A stretch of DNA of 64,000 nucleotides. It comes from Deltaproteobacteria bacterium (GTDB lineage Bacteria; Myxococcota_A; UBA9160; SMWR01). Numbering within the stretch: the first letter of the stretch is position 1; each line of letters begins with the position of its first letter. Position numbers and translations under genes: made by a program. This document shows, piece by piece, positions 19,801 through 28,879 of the stretch. The notes under the pieces are model-generated. The model was not told the DNA's origin. It ran no database searches and saw only the letters and a list, made by a program, of their open reading frames with translations. The stretch is taken from contig JAQBGU010000084.1 of the NCBI GenBank assembly GCA_032128375.1, positions 1 to 64,000 of the forward strand. Reading direction: 5' to 3'.

Positions 19801-20011
19801 CATTGCGGGCTGCTTGATGAAAGCGTGGAATCCCGTAGACCCCACCGACATCCCCGAGCGCCAGCGCGTCGTAGCCAAGGTCTGCAGCGCGATCGACGAG
19901 ATCTTCCGGGTTGGAGGAGGCGTCCAGAAACGAAAATGCGCTCCGGCAGCGGAGTTCGACGTAGTCATGACAGGAGCCATGAAGAGGGCGGGATGAGGAC
20001 GGGGGAGCCAC
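16826..20011 (-). CDS. dnaE2: Error-prone DNA polymerase DnaE2 (ImuC)
   Basis: YVELRCRSAFSFL PHP domain, GRGSAANS, PDIDLD, GFPESH, C-terminal ASHDYH (SRDFH-like). Confidence 0.97.
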   Translation of the reverse strand: MAPPSSSRPLHGSCHDYVELRCRSAFSFLDASSNPEDLVDRAADLGYDALALGDVGGVYGIPRFHQAARNAGVRGIVGADLSIVADGSDRTAPPVPLRLLVETPRGYANLCRILTLSHTRAAKGLSESSWDDIEAYAEGLSALARGDGSLRTETLDRAKASFGRGRLWVDVSRHMDRATESATRRATALAESVGVPVLASGDVRHAHASGRQLFDALTCLRWKTSLDRAGRRLAVNAERHLLAPHEMAERFADHPEWVRATRDVAERCSFTLENLGYRFPHYPVPSGETQASYLRNLTWRGARARYGSPLSARVTRQLEHELALIEKLDLPGYFLIVHDIVQFARDQKILAQGRGSAANSAVCYSLGITAVDPVGMELLFERFLSEERGEWPDIDLDLPSGDQREKVIQYVFDKYGTHGAAMTAVVITYRTRMAVREMGKVLGLSPDSIDRLAKTISRLEHREDLDELESLLAQAGVDAKAPRIAMLLNLVDRVRGLPRHLGQHTGGIVISAGRLDEVVPIEPASMVDRRIVQWDKDDCADLGIIKIDLLGLGMLAAIEDTLELIHDHEGVVVDLAQLPADDPVTYEMIRRADTVGTFQIESRAQMSTLPRMKPTCFYDLVVEVAIIRPGPITGKMVNPYLNRRAGIEPVVYPHPSLEPILKRTLGIPLFQEQLLRIAMVAAGFTGGEAEELRRAMGFKRSVERMTRLESRLRSGMNERGIVGESQEMIIRGIHSFALYGFPESHAASFALIAYASAFLKAHHPSAFLAGLLNAYPMGFYTPATLVKDAQRHGVEVRPIDLAHSDWRCTLEAPRHASGQPPLRLGLRYVDGLRKDTGHAIEAARANEKFSSVSDLARRVTLRKDELDTLAELGALASIDTTANTRRSALWQVAALDRDRGSLFAGQPPTAADPSASHSSPLPEMTPIEETLADYRNSGLTTGPQVMAHLRPRLRERGILDASELKNVPNGRRVRTAGQVIVRQRPGTAKGFMFLTLEDETGISNGILTPQAFRRFRVPLHTSTIIEIEGPLQNVEGVIHVRVHDLVPLVGRENLPASHDYH

Positions 20012-20046
20012 ATATGGACTTTCGCTTTGTTTTCGCTATTTGGCAA
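20009..20046 (-). promoter_or_regulatory. Putative leaderless promoter and operator of dnaE2
   Basis: TTGCCA-AATAGCGAAAACAAAGC-GAAAGT-CCATAT-GTG; same architecture as upstream of imuA. Confidence 0.65.
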
Positions 20047-20124
20047 CTATATCGACAACAGGGAGCAGTAAATGGCCAGCAAAATCATCGCGCTGGCTCC
20101 CCGGGCCTGCATGCAGAGGCATGC

Positions 20125-20194
20125 AGAGGAAAGAGGAAAAAAGAAGAAAGAAGGAAAAGATGGAAAAGAAGGAAAAGAAGGAAAGAATAGAAGA
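20125..20194 (+). repeat. Polypurine tract with GGAAAAGAA 9-bp units
   Basis: 70 nt containing only two pyrimidines. Confidence 0.85.
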
Positions 20195-20254
20195 CTCGCA
20201 GATCACGGAAGGCTGCTAGCGCTGCCCGTCTCGGTGGCGCGCTCGTAACCTGAA

Positions 20255-20857
20255 TCAGCCCTGGACACTCGGTCGCTGGCAGAACGCTTCGAACCAGCGG
20301 CTGATGTTCGCATAGGTCGGATCGAGTTCGACGCCGAAGAATCGCCCGAAGTTCAGCGCGGCAAACAGCGTGCAGTCCGCGATCGTAGGGGCGGGGCCTG
20401 CAACGAACGGGTGGTCTGCGATGCGTTCGTCGAGCGTGCCGAGCGCGATGGGAAGAGAGCTGCGCGCGTCTTCGGCGATCGCCGGGTTGGGTGGAAGGCC
20501 CAGAGGCGAGTTGGTGGAATGGACGAGGCGGGCGGTTGGGAACAACACCCCCACTTCGATGATTCGCTCGAGCGATCGCACCCGCGCGCGTGCCAGCGGA
20601 TCGGTGCCGATCATCGGAGGATCGGGATGCAGCTCTTCGAACAACTCGATGATCGCGAGCGATTCGGTCAAGTAGCTGCCGTCGTCCAACTCGAGCACAG
20701 GCAGGTTTCCGAACGGGTTGCGCGCCAGGTGCTCTTTGCTTTTCTGTTCACCCTCTCGAAGGTTCACGAGGACCTCTTCGAGCGCGATTCCCTTCTCTCG
20801 CAAATACACCCGCACACGGGTGGGATTGGGTGCGACCCTGAATGTGTAGATTTTCAC
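20255..20857 (-). CDS. Glutathione S-transferase family protein
   Basis: APNPTRVRVYLREKG, NPFGNLPVLELDDG, ESLAI, PTIADC. Confidence 0.93.
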   Translation of the reverse strand: MKIYTFRVAPNPTRVRVYLREKGIALEEVLVNLREGEQKSKEHLARNPFGNLPVLELDDGSYLTESLAIIELFEELHPDPPMIGTDPLARARVRSLERIIEVGVLFPTARLVHSTNSPLGLPPNPAIAEDARSSLPIALGTLDERIADHPFVAGPAPTIADCTLFAALNFGRFFGVELDPTYANISRWFEAFCQRPSVQG

Positions 20858-21062
20858 TCGACCCCCTTGGTTCGTACTTGACCCGCCAGGGTACGCTGAA
20901 GTGCGCGATGAGTCAGCCGTCATTGTTGGAACCCATTCGCTGACTGGTCGTCTCACGACGCATGTTGTCATTTCGCCACAGCGCGGACCAGCCCGATCGG
21001 TCATATTCCCGAGCACTGGACGAAGCAAGCCGAACCTATCCATGAGTTCCTGGAGCTGAAAA

Positions 21063-21422
21063 ATGGCGGTCCGCCGTGACATCGAGTTCATCAACTTTCG
21101 GCCGAATCTGCTGGTCAGGGATATCGACGCCTCGATCGCGTTCTATCGCGACGTCATCGGGTTCGAGGTCCGAAACTCCACGAATGATGGCTCGTTCGCA
21201 TTGTTGGGGAAGGGGCTCGCCGAAGTCGCTCTCGTGCAGACTGACAACCCGCCAGCCGAACAGGCCTATCTCTACGTTCGCGGCATCGAAGCGCTCAGCC
21301 AACGCTGCAAGGATGCCGGAAGTGAAATCGCGCGCGATCTCGTCGACCATCCTTGGGGGCTGCGAGACTTCGTGGTCCGCGACCCGGACGGTCACATGAT
21401 CGGAATTGGTGAGCGGGTCTAA
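21063..21422 (+). CDS. VOC family protein (glyoxalase/bleomycin resistance)
   Basis: LLVRDIDASIAFYRDVIGF; PWGLRDFVVRDPDGHMI. Confidence 0.92.
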   Translation: MAVRRDIEFINFRPNLLVRDIDASIAFYRDVIGFEVRNSTNDGSFALLGKGLAEVALVQTDNPPAEQAYLYVRGIEALSQRCKDAGSEIARDLVDHPWGLRDFVVRDPDGHMIGIGERV

Positions 21423-21520
21423 CGCAAGACGCAAGACTGATGCAGGCTTGTCGGCCGAGGTCGCGGTGATTACGGGCGGCGGAATCGGCCATTCGAAAAC
21501 CGGGAAGCATTGCTCCGCAT

Positions 21521-21830
21521 CTACTGGGTGGGGCGAGTTCCCGCGACCGCAATCGCGCTCACGAGTACGACGAGCCCAAGCGTCCCGAGTGCCGGCATGA
21601 TCTGCAGCGCGGCGGCGTACCCGTCGATGATTCCCGCGCGGTCGTTTCCAGCCGCTTCGATATCGAGTGCGGTTTTTGTCAACGCCGCGATGACTTCCGA
21701 TCGAGTGACGCTGCGGCCTGCGCCGGCTTCCAGAAGCAACGCGGCGATGGCAGCGGCGTGGGGGCCGCGGTAGACGTCCCGCAGAAGGTTCCCAAACGCG
21801 GGGTCGAAGTATCCACGCAGTCGACCTGCC
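21521..21830 (-). pseudogene. C-terminal remnant of a subtilisin-like (S8) peptidase with a C-terminal sorting signal
   Basis: FCGTSTAAP/HAAAIAALL catalytic-Ser motif split by a 1-bp loss in a C5 run; ends MPALGTLGLVVLVSAIAVAG; no N-terminal part. Confidence 0.7.
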
Positions 21831-21886
21831 GGAGACTCGTGCCCAATACGGATCGGCCCACCCGAGTCATGCGGCGCGCCCTATTT

Positions 21887-21941
21887 GAGTGTCGAACGAG
21901 TGTCGAACGAGTGTCAAACGAGTGTCGAAGGAGTGTCGAAT
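21887..21941 (+). repeat. Tandem repeat, 5 x 11 bp (GAGTGTCGAAC)
   Basis: gagtgtcgaac gagtgtcgaac gagtgtcaaac gagtgtcgaag gagtgtcgaat. Confidence 0.92.
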
Positions 21942-22048
21942 GCGGCCCTTCAGTGGCCCAAAACAGTCCTCCATTGGGGTTCCGGCGCTTTCGTCGTAGG
22001 CTTTGCAGATGCGCGTCGAGAAGTAGGCGGGCAGCGGAGCGAGCTTGC

Positions 22049-23344
22049 ATGCCGGACCGTACGAGTACATCCCAGAACCGCAACACGACGGGCGCTCCGC
22101 AGGCAAATGAGCGCGCGGCCCGCAGGGTCGTGATGCACGCCGACATGGACGCATTTTATGCGTCTGTCGAGCAGCGCGATCATCCGGAGTGGCGTGGAAA
22201 GCCCGTGATCGTGGGTGGGACGAGTGCGCGCGGAGTCGTGTCCGCGGCCAGCTACGAAGCGAGAGCTTTTGGCGTGCACTCGGCGATGCCGGGTTATGAA
22301 GCGCGCCGGCTGTGTCCCGATGGAATCTTCGTGCGCGGAGAGATGACGCGCTATTCGACCGAGTCCAAGCGGATCTTCGAGATCTTCCGCCGCTACTCGC
22401 CCAAGGTGCAGGGGTTGTCGCTCGACGAGGCGTTTCTGGATTTGACCGGCACGCAGAGGCTGATGGGGGCACCGCGCGAAGTGGCCGGGCGGCTGCGCGC
22501 TGAAGTGCGCGCAGAGACCGGACTCGTAGTCTCAGTTGGGATCGCCCCAGTGAAGATGGTCGCCAAGATCGCCAGCGACTTGAGCAAGCCCGACGGCCTG
22601 TTGGAAGTGCCCAACGGCGGTGTCCGAGAGTTTCTGGATCCTTTGCCGGTAGGTCGGATCTGGGGTGTGGGGCCGGTTGCGCGTTCGCGGCTGAATGCGC
22701 TGGGGTTCGAGCGGGTGGGTGACCTGGCGCGCTGTGAGCCCCTCCGACTCGAGAAGCTGCTCGGACAGTGGGGACTCGATATCGGGCGGCTGGCACGCGG
22801 AATCGAACGAAGCGAAGTAGAGCCGTACCGCGAGCCGCGGTCGTACAGCGAAGAGAATACGTTCGGGCGCGACGTGATCGACGTCGTGACGCTGCGTTCG
22901 ACCATCATCACCCACGCAGAATCCGTCGCGCGAAGGTTGCGCAGCGATCGGTTCCGCGCGCGGACGGTGGTACTGAAGCTGAAGATGGCGCATAGGACCG
23001 CGCCGGGTGCTCGCGGCTACCCGATGATCTCGCGGCGCACGACGCTTCCCGAGGCTACCGACGATGGCGATACGATCGCGAGGGCAGCGATCGCGCAGCT
23101 GGAGCGCGCGAACCTGCGCGAGCCGATCCGGTTGTTGGGCGTAGGCGTGACCCATATCGTCGCCGAGTCTGCCGGACAGTTGTCACTGTTCGAGCCGGCG
23201 GAGCGCAACGACCGCCGAACGCGTCTGAACCGGGCGCTCGATGAAATTTCGCAGCGCTTCGGTACCACCGCCCTGGTCCGAGGCACCCGCGAGCACGCGG
23301 AAAGAACCGGCCTCTCCCACCAGATCAAACGCGGCGAAAGCTAG
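22049..23344 (+). CDS. dinB: DNA polymerase IV (Y family)
   Basis: HADMDAFYASVE, SYEAR, SLDEAFLD, AKIASDLSKPDG; start estimated. Confidence 0.96.
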   Translation: MPDRTSTSQNRNTTGAPQANERAARRVVMHADMDAFYASVEQRDHPEWRGKPVIVGGTSARGVVSAASYEARAFGVHSAMPGYEARRLCPDGIFVRGEMTRYSTESKRIFEIFRRYSPKVQGLSLDEAFLDLTGTQRLMGAPREVAGRLRAEVRAETGLVVSVGIAPVKMVAKIASDLSKPDGLLEVPNGGVREFLDPLPVGRIWGVGPVARSRLNALGFERVGDLARCEPLRLEKLLGQWGLDIGRLARGIERSEVEPYREPRSYSEENTFGRDVIDVVTLRSTIITHAESVARRLRSDRFRARTVVLKLKMAHRTAPGARGYPMISRRTTLPEATDDGDTIARAAIAQLERANLREPIRLLGVGVTHIVAESAGQLSLFEPAERNDRRTRLNRALDEISQRFGTTALVRGTREHAERTGLSHQIKRGES

Positions 23345-23370
23345 CAGCCCGACCCAAGATGGGTCGGGCG
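23343..23370 (+). repeat. REP-like hairpin (may also act as the dinB 3-prime stem-loop)
   Basis: GCCCGACCCA-AGA-TGGGTCGGGC perfect 10-bp stem; 27/28 identical to 41632-41659. Confidence 0.75.
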
Positions 23371-23435
23371 CCAAGGCTCTGGGGGCCAGCGTCTGCGCGA
23401 GTTCTTGACTTCTGGAGAGTTGGTATGCTGAGCGA

Positions 23436-24377
23436 ATGACAAGATTTTCGTCGGCTCTTCGGAGCCTCGTCGGGACGCTGACATTGCTTCTGATAATCAA
23501 TGTCTTGCGTTCGGGAGTCCTGGTGGGCCTGCTTCTGGCGCTGGCCGCCGGACCGGTCGGTGCGGAGCCGGCTGCCTCGCTGCTATTGGTGACGACGACG
23601 AGCGTGCGGGATTCGGGACTGTTGGACGCTCTGCTGCCGGTATTTCTGCAGCGCGACGGCGTGCGGGTGCAGGTCGTCGCGGTTGGCAGCGGGGCCGCAT
23701 TGCAGATGGGGAGTTCGGGAGACGCCGATGTGCTGCTGACCCACGCACCGGAAGGTGAGAAGGCACTGGTCGCGAGTGGCGCGCTGGTCAGCCGCAAGCC
23801 ATTCATGGAGAACCATTTCGTGATCGCCGGGCCCAGCACGGATCCTGCCGATGTCCGCGGCGCCAGCTCGCCGGCTGACGCGATTGCGCGCATCGCAGCG
23901 GCTTCGTCGCCATTTGTCAGTCGCGGAGACGATTCGGGCACCCACCGTCGCGAGATCGCGCTGTTCAAAGAAGCGCGACTCGACCCCGATCTGCGTTGGG
24001 AGAAATTCGCGCGCACCGGCGCAGGAATGGGCATCACGTTGCAGGTGGCCGGGGAGCGACGTGCCTATGTGCTTTCCGATGTCGGCACGTTTCTCGCGTT
24101 TCGCGAACGCATCGGTCTGGAATCGCTCTCGGGCCCGGCACCCAGCTTGCGAAACATCTACTCGGTACTTCGCGTCGACCCGGCGAAGATCGGCGCGGCT
24201 CACGCCACCGCCGCGGAGCGCTTCGAGGCATTCCTGCTGGCGTCCGACACGCAGGAGCGTATTCTCGACTTCGGCCGAGAACGCTACGGCCGTCCGCTGT
24301 TTCGTCCGTTGCATCTCGGGCGCGCCACCGACTCCGCTCTCGCCTCGCCGGCCGCCAGCGATTCTGCAGGGCCATGA
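23436..24377 (+). CDS. tupA: Tungstate ABC transporter substrate-binding protein
   Basis: TTTSVRDSGLL tungstate-specific motif, GSGAAL, SRGDDSGTH. Confidence 0.9.
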   Translation: MTRFSSALRSLVGTLTLLLIINVLRSGVLVGLLLALAAGPVGAEPAASLLLVTTTSVRDSGLLDALLPVFLQRDGVRVQVVAVGSGAALQMGSSGDADVLLTHAPEGEKALVASGALVSRKPFMENHFVIAGPSTDPADVRGASSPADAIARIAAASSPFVSRGDDSGTHRREIALFKEARLDPDLRWEKFARTGAGMGITLQVAGERRAYVLSDVGTFLAFRERIGLESLSGPAPSLRNIYSVLRVDPAKIGAAHATAAERFEAFLLASDTQERILDFGRERYGRPLFRPLHLGRATDSALASPAASDSAGP

Positions 24378-25030
24378 ACCCGCTCTCCGCACAACTGCTC
24401 TTCGAGATCACCGCGCGCACACTGTCCGTTTGTTTCACGGCATTGACCATCTCGCTGATCATCGGGCTCCCGATCGGGATCGCGGTCGGCCGCCGACGCT
24501 TCCTCGGACGTGGAGCGTTCGTGAGTCTGATCAATTCCGGGATGGGTGCGCCGCCGGTCGTCGTCGGGTTGCTCGTTGCGCTGATGCTGTGGCGCAGCGG
24601 CCCGCTTGGCGATTGGGGCTGGATGTACAGCATGCGGGCGATGGTGCTGGCGCAGATCGTGATCGCTCTGCCGCTGATCATCGGTATCACGCTTGCAGCT
24701 GTCGGCGCGCTCGACGAGGACTGGGAACTCCAGGTGCAGACACTCGGTGTGCCGCCGCGCTGGCGGCTGTGGCTCTTGTTGCGGGAGATCCGGCTCGGGG
24801 TGCTGGCAGCGGTGATCGCCGCGCTGGGTGGAATCTTGTCCGAAGTGGGCGCGGTGATGATGGTCGGCGGGAATCTCGAGGGCGAAACACGGGTGCTCAC
24901 CACCGCGATCTTGATGTATACACAGATGGGTGACTTCGGGTCGGCACTCGGGTTGGCTGCCGTTCTGCTCGGATTGATGCTGCTATTGGCGGGGGGCCTT
25001 ACCGCGGTACAGCAGAGCGGCAGGTCGTGA
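24374..25030 (+). CDS. tupB: Tungstate ABC transporter permease
   Basis: MGAPPVVVGL, SEVGAVMMVGGNLEGETRVLTTAI. Confidence 0.9.
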   Translation: MNPLSAQLLFEITARTLSVCFTALTISLIIGLPIGIAVGRRRFLGRGAFVSLINSGMGAPPVVVGLLVALMLWRSGPLGDWGWMYSMRAMVLAQIVIALPLIIGITLAAVGALDEDWELQVQTLGVPPRWRLWLLLREIRLGVLAAVIAALGGILSEVGAVMMVGGNLEGETRVLTTAILMYTQMGDFGSALGLAAVLLGLMLLLAGGLTAVQQSGRS

Positions 25031-26094
25031 GCGATTCGATCGTCCTGTCCGCCCGCGATCTCCGGGTCGCGCGCCGCTCGCGCAGCGGCGCGTTCACGCT
25101 CGCAGTGGCTTCGCTCGATCTGTACGCGCGCGAAGTGCTGGTGATCTTGGGGCCAAACGGCTCGGGCAAGACCACGCTGCTGCGATCACTTGCGGGGCTC
25201 GAGCAGCCGATCGCTGGAGCCGTGGCTCCAGCCGTTCACGGACCGGTAACGATGGTGTTCCAGCGTCCCGCCTCCTTTGCTGGTTCAGTCGGGCATAATG
25301 TGCGCGCCGCGTTACTCGGGAGGAAAATCTCATCCGCTGATCTCGCGCAGCGCGTTTCACTCGCGCTCGACCGATTCGAGATCCCACACCTGGCGGACCG
25401 ACGCGCCGCAACGCTCTCAGGCGGGGAACTCCGCCGTTTGGCACTCGCGCGCGCGTTCGTGTTGCGACCGGCTGTGCTGCTACTCGATGAACCGTTCGAT
25501 GATCTCGATGCCGATGGCCAGGCGACGCTCTCACTCGACTTGCGTCGAGCCATCTCCGACACCGGCATCGCGGTCGCAATGGTCACTCACGATCTTCGAC
25601 GCGCGCTGCTTCTGGCCGATCGTATCGCGGTGTTGATCGGCGGTCTCCTGGTTCAGGTCGACGCTCGTGATACCGTGCTGGAGAGGCCGCTCAGCGCCGA
25701 AGTGGCTCGAGTGGTGGGCATGTCGAATCTGATCCGGGCCACCGTCACAGACGAACGTCGGGGTGATTTCTCCTTGATCGAAATCGACGCTCAACAGCGG
25801 GTCGCCGCCAATACGAATCTTCCACCCGGAACGCGCGTGTGGATCGGGATTCGCCCCGAGCACCTGAAACTCGATGAGGGTCGAGGTGATATCGATTCGA
25901 TCGGAAAGGGCTTTGTCACAGAGATCGTCAACGACGGTGTCGCAGCCAACGTGAAGATCGAATGGGCAGGTGCCGAACTGCGTACGCTGCTATTGGCCGG
26001 CCGCGGTCTGGCGAAAACGCTGATGGTCGGCGCGGCGGTGTCGCTGTCGGCGAATCCGGAACAGGTGCACTTGATCCCGGTCGAAGTTGATTGA
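25027..26094 (+). CDS. tupC: Tungstate ABC transporter ATP-binding protein with TOBE domains
   Basis: GPNGSGKT, LSGGE, LLLDEP. Confidence 0.85.
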   Translation: MSDSIVLSARDLRVARRSRSGAFTLAVASLDLYAREVLVILGPNGSGKTTLLRSLAGLEQPIAGAVAPAVHGPVTMVFQRPASFAGSVGHNVRAALLGRKISSADLAQRVSLALDRFEIPHLADRRAATLSGGELRRLALARAFVLRPAVLLLDEPFDDLDADGQATLSLDLRRAISDTGIAVAMVTHDLRRALLLADRIAVLIGGLLVQVDARDTVLERPLSAEVARVVGMSNLIRATVTDERRGDFSLIEIDAQQRVAANTNLPPGTRVWIGIRPEHLKLDEGRGDIDSIGKGFVTEIVNDGVAANVKIEWAGAELRTLLLAGRGLAKTLMVGAAVSLSANPEQVHLIPVEVD

Positions 26095-26279
26095 GACCGG
26101 GTGCCGGCCTGACGCCCAGTCGGATATTCGGAAATGATACGGGCTGCGCGGCCGGGCGATGAACCGGCCGGCAATCTCAGTACTCAACGGCGCGATATTC
26201 CACACCCGAGTCCCGTGGATGTATCACTAAGGATTCGCCCGCTTTTCGACGATGAGGGTCGGGGGGACTCGACCGCGAA

Positions 26280-27254
26280 ATGAGCAGAGCACTCGTGTGC
26301 GGGGCCGGCGGATTCATTGGGCATCACCTCGTGCGCAACCTGAAAGCGCGCGGTCACGAAGTCTGTGGAGTCGACCTCAAATCGCCCGAATTCACCGACT
26401 CTGCTGCGGACGAGTTCCGAATGCTCGATCTCCGAACTCCCGGCGGTTGCGCGGCTGCAGTCGCACCGATGCCCGGGGGCCCGTTCGATGAGGTCTACCA
26501 ACTCGCCGCCGACATGGGTGGGATGGGTTTCATCCACAATGCCGAGTGCGAGATCATGACGCATAGTGCGTTGATCAACATCCACATGATCAATGCAGTT
26601 CATCAGGCAAGCATCGGGCGCTACTTCTTCGCGTCGTCGGCATGCGTCTACCGAGACCAGCAGCTCGGCGAATCCTACATCAATGAGGACGACGCCTACC
26701 CGGCGCTCCCCGACAACGAGTACGGCTGGGAGAAGCTCTACGCCGAGCGCATGGCGCTCGCCTTCGGTCGAAATCGCGGCATCACGGTCCGCATCGCGCG
26801 GTTTCAGAACTGCTACGGCCCGGAAGGAACGTGGGACGGTGGCCGAGAGAAGGCGCCGGCCGCGATCTGTCGGAAGATTGCGATGGCGAGCGACGGCGAC
26901 AGCATCGACGTATGGGGCGACGGTTCGGCACTTCGCGTCTACACCTACGTCACGGATCTGTGCGATGGAATCTACACACTGATGCAATCGGACGCGGGCG
27001 AACCCACGAACATCGGTTCGTGCGAACTCACGTCGGTCAATGCGCTCGTCGCGACCGTCGCAGAGGTCGCGGGCAAGGACATCCAGATTCGCTACGTCGA
27101 CGGCCCGGTCGGGGTGCAGGCGCGCTATCACCGAATCGATCGCATGCAGTCGCTGGGCTGGACGCCCCGCACGAGCCTGATCCAGGGAATCGAGCAGACC
27201 TACCCCTGGATCGACGAGCAGGTGAACGGCAAGCGCGCATCCGACGACAAATAG
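26280..27254 (+). CDS. NAD-dependent epimerase, GDP-mannose 3,5-epimerase-like
   Basis: GAGGFIG, LAADMGGMGFI, YGWEK, GTWDGGREKAPAAICRK. Confidence 0.88.
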   Translation: MSRALVCGAGGFIGHHLVRNLKARGHEVCGVDLKSPEFTDSAADEFRMLDLRTPGGCAAAVAPMPGGPFDEVYQLAADMGGMGFIHNAECEIMTHSALINIHMINAVHQASIGRYFFASSACVYRDQQLGESYINEDDAYPALPDNEYGWEKLYAERMALAFGRNRGITVRIARFQNCYGPEGTWDGGREKAPAAICRKIAMASDGDSIDVWGDGSALRVYTYVTDLCDGIYTLMQSDAGEPTNIGSCELTSVNALVATVAEVAGKDIQIRYVDGPVGVQARYHRIDRMQSLGWTPRTSLIQGIEQTYPWIDEQVNGKRASDDK

Positions 27255-27344
27255 AGCTCGTTCGCTACCGCGGTGGAACGCACGATATCGCCACCCGCTC
27301 GGCTTGAAGTCGAGAACACAGCGAAGCTGGCGTATCTTCTGGCG

Positions 27345-28187
27345 ATGGCGAATACGAAGCTTCTGCTCGACGGCCTGGTGTTCCCGGAAGGCCCGCGCTG
27401 GCGCGACGGAAAGCTCTGGCTGTCCGATATGCACGATCTCCGGGTGATGACAGTCGATCTGGACGGCCGATCGGAGACCGTCTGCGCGGTCGAGAATCAA
27501 CCATCCGGGCTCGGCTGGCTCCCCGACGGACGGCTACTGGTTGTTTCGATGGCCGACCGATGCCTGCTGCGGCTCGATCCGGAAGGGCTTGTTCTGCACT
27601 CCGATCTTTCCGCGCTCGCCAGCTACCACTGCAATGACATGGTGGTCGACATCCAGGGCCGTGCCTATGTTGGCAACTTCGGTTCGGAAATCTCTGGCGG
27701 TGGCGCACCGAAGCCCGCCGCACTGATTTTGGTGACGCCCGATGGTGACGCGCGCATCGTCGCCGAGGATCTGCAGTTTCCAAACGGCAGCGTGATTACG
27801 CCGGACGGAAAGACTCTGATCGTCGGAGAATCGTACGCTGCCCGCCTGACGGCGTTCGATTTGCAGTCAGACGGCTCACTGAGCAACCGGCGAGTCTGGG
27901 CCCAACTCTCGGGAGCGATTCCCGACGGATGTTGCATCGATGCCGAGGGTGCGATCTGGGTCGCGTCACCGATTAGTCGCGAAGTCATGCGGGTGAGGGA
28001 AGGTGGCGAGGTGACGCAGCGCGTGGCGACAGAGCAAATGGCCATCGCCTGCATGCTCGGAGGCGAGGACCGCAAGACGTTGTTCATTTTGACAGCACCC
28101 AGCGTCGAAGCGGAAGAGTGTCAGAAGCTGCGCAGTGCGCGCGTGGAACTGCTCGAAGTCGGCGTGCCAGGAAGCGGGTTTCCGTAG
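27345..28187 (+). CDS. SMP-30/gluconolactonase family protein
   Basis: FPEGPRW, CNDMVVD, FPNG, PDGCCIDAEG. Confidence 0.92.
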   Translation: MANTKLLLDGLVFPEGPRWRDGKLWLSDMHDLRVMTVDLDGRSETVCAVENQPSGLGWLPDGRLLVVSMADRCLLRLDPEGLVLHSDLSALASYHCNDMVVDIQGRAYVGNFGSEISGGGAPKPAALILVTPDGDARIVAEDLQFPNGSVITPDGKTLIVGESYAARLTAFDLQSDGSLSNRRVWAQLSGAIPDGCCIDAEGAIWVASPISREVMRVREGGEVTQRVATEQMAIACMLGGEDRKTLFILTAPSVEAEECQKLRSARVELLEVGVPGSGFP

Positions 28188-28194
28188 GGGCGCA

Positions 28195-28788
28195 TCAGCC
28201 GGCGTCTCGATGCGTGTTCGACCGACGCTTCGGGGTTGAATGTGCATCGGGTTCGCTGTCGCCGGGGCCCGACTCGAACAGCGAGCGCAGCGAGACGCGC
28301 CGCCCCACGCCGCCGTCGAACTCTCGTTGGAGCCCGGCAAGCGCCGATTCAGTCGGCCCGATTTCCCAGCATGCCGATTCAGGTAGCTCTTCGATCGGCT
28401 CGCCAGCGACGTTCAGCTCGCAGATGTCGCGTAGCTCCGTCGCTTCACCGGAATCCGACTCGTACCAACGCATCGGCAACCCCTGGGTCCTACACACGTA
28501 GGGTCGATCGGCGTAGATCCTGCACGCGCCCTCCGCGTCCAGAAACGCGCACGCGCCCACCGGGTGGGGAGAGCCCTGTCGAAGCAGCGCAGCGTGCGCA
28601 CGGACGATCCGCGACGCTTCGACTTCGAATACGGTCAAGTCATCGATGCAGCAGCTGCAGCAGCCGCGCCGACATTGCAGGCGGTCGCGGTTCTGCTCGC
28701 CGACGTCGCGCGCGCGTCGATCGATCGCATCGTGCAGGAGTTCCAGTTGCGCGGCGATATGGCTTTTCGTCACTTCGACGCGGATCAT
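28195..28788 (-). CDS. YkgJ family cysteine-cluster protein
   Basis: CRRGCCSCC, CAFL, CRIYADRPYVCRTQG. Confidence 0.88.
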   Translation of the reverse strand: MIRVEVTKSHIAAQLELLHDAIDRRARDVGEQNRDRLQCRRGCCSCCIDDLTVFEVEASRIVRAHAALLRQGSPHPVGACAFLDAEGACRIYADRPYVCRTQGLPMRWYESDSGEATELRDICELNVAGEPIEELPESACWEIGPTESALAGLQREFDGGVGRRVSLRSLFESGPGDSEPDAHSTPKRRSNTHRDAG

Positions 28789-28879
28789 GTCTGTACCGCG
28801 CGCGGATCGCAACTGCGCGACTGGCGGTCCCACCCCTGGGATGGGGCGCCGGCCGCGACACAGAGGTACGCTTCCGGTC

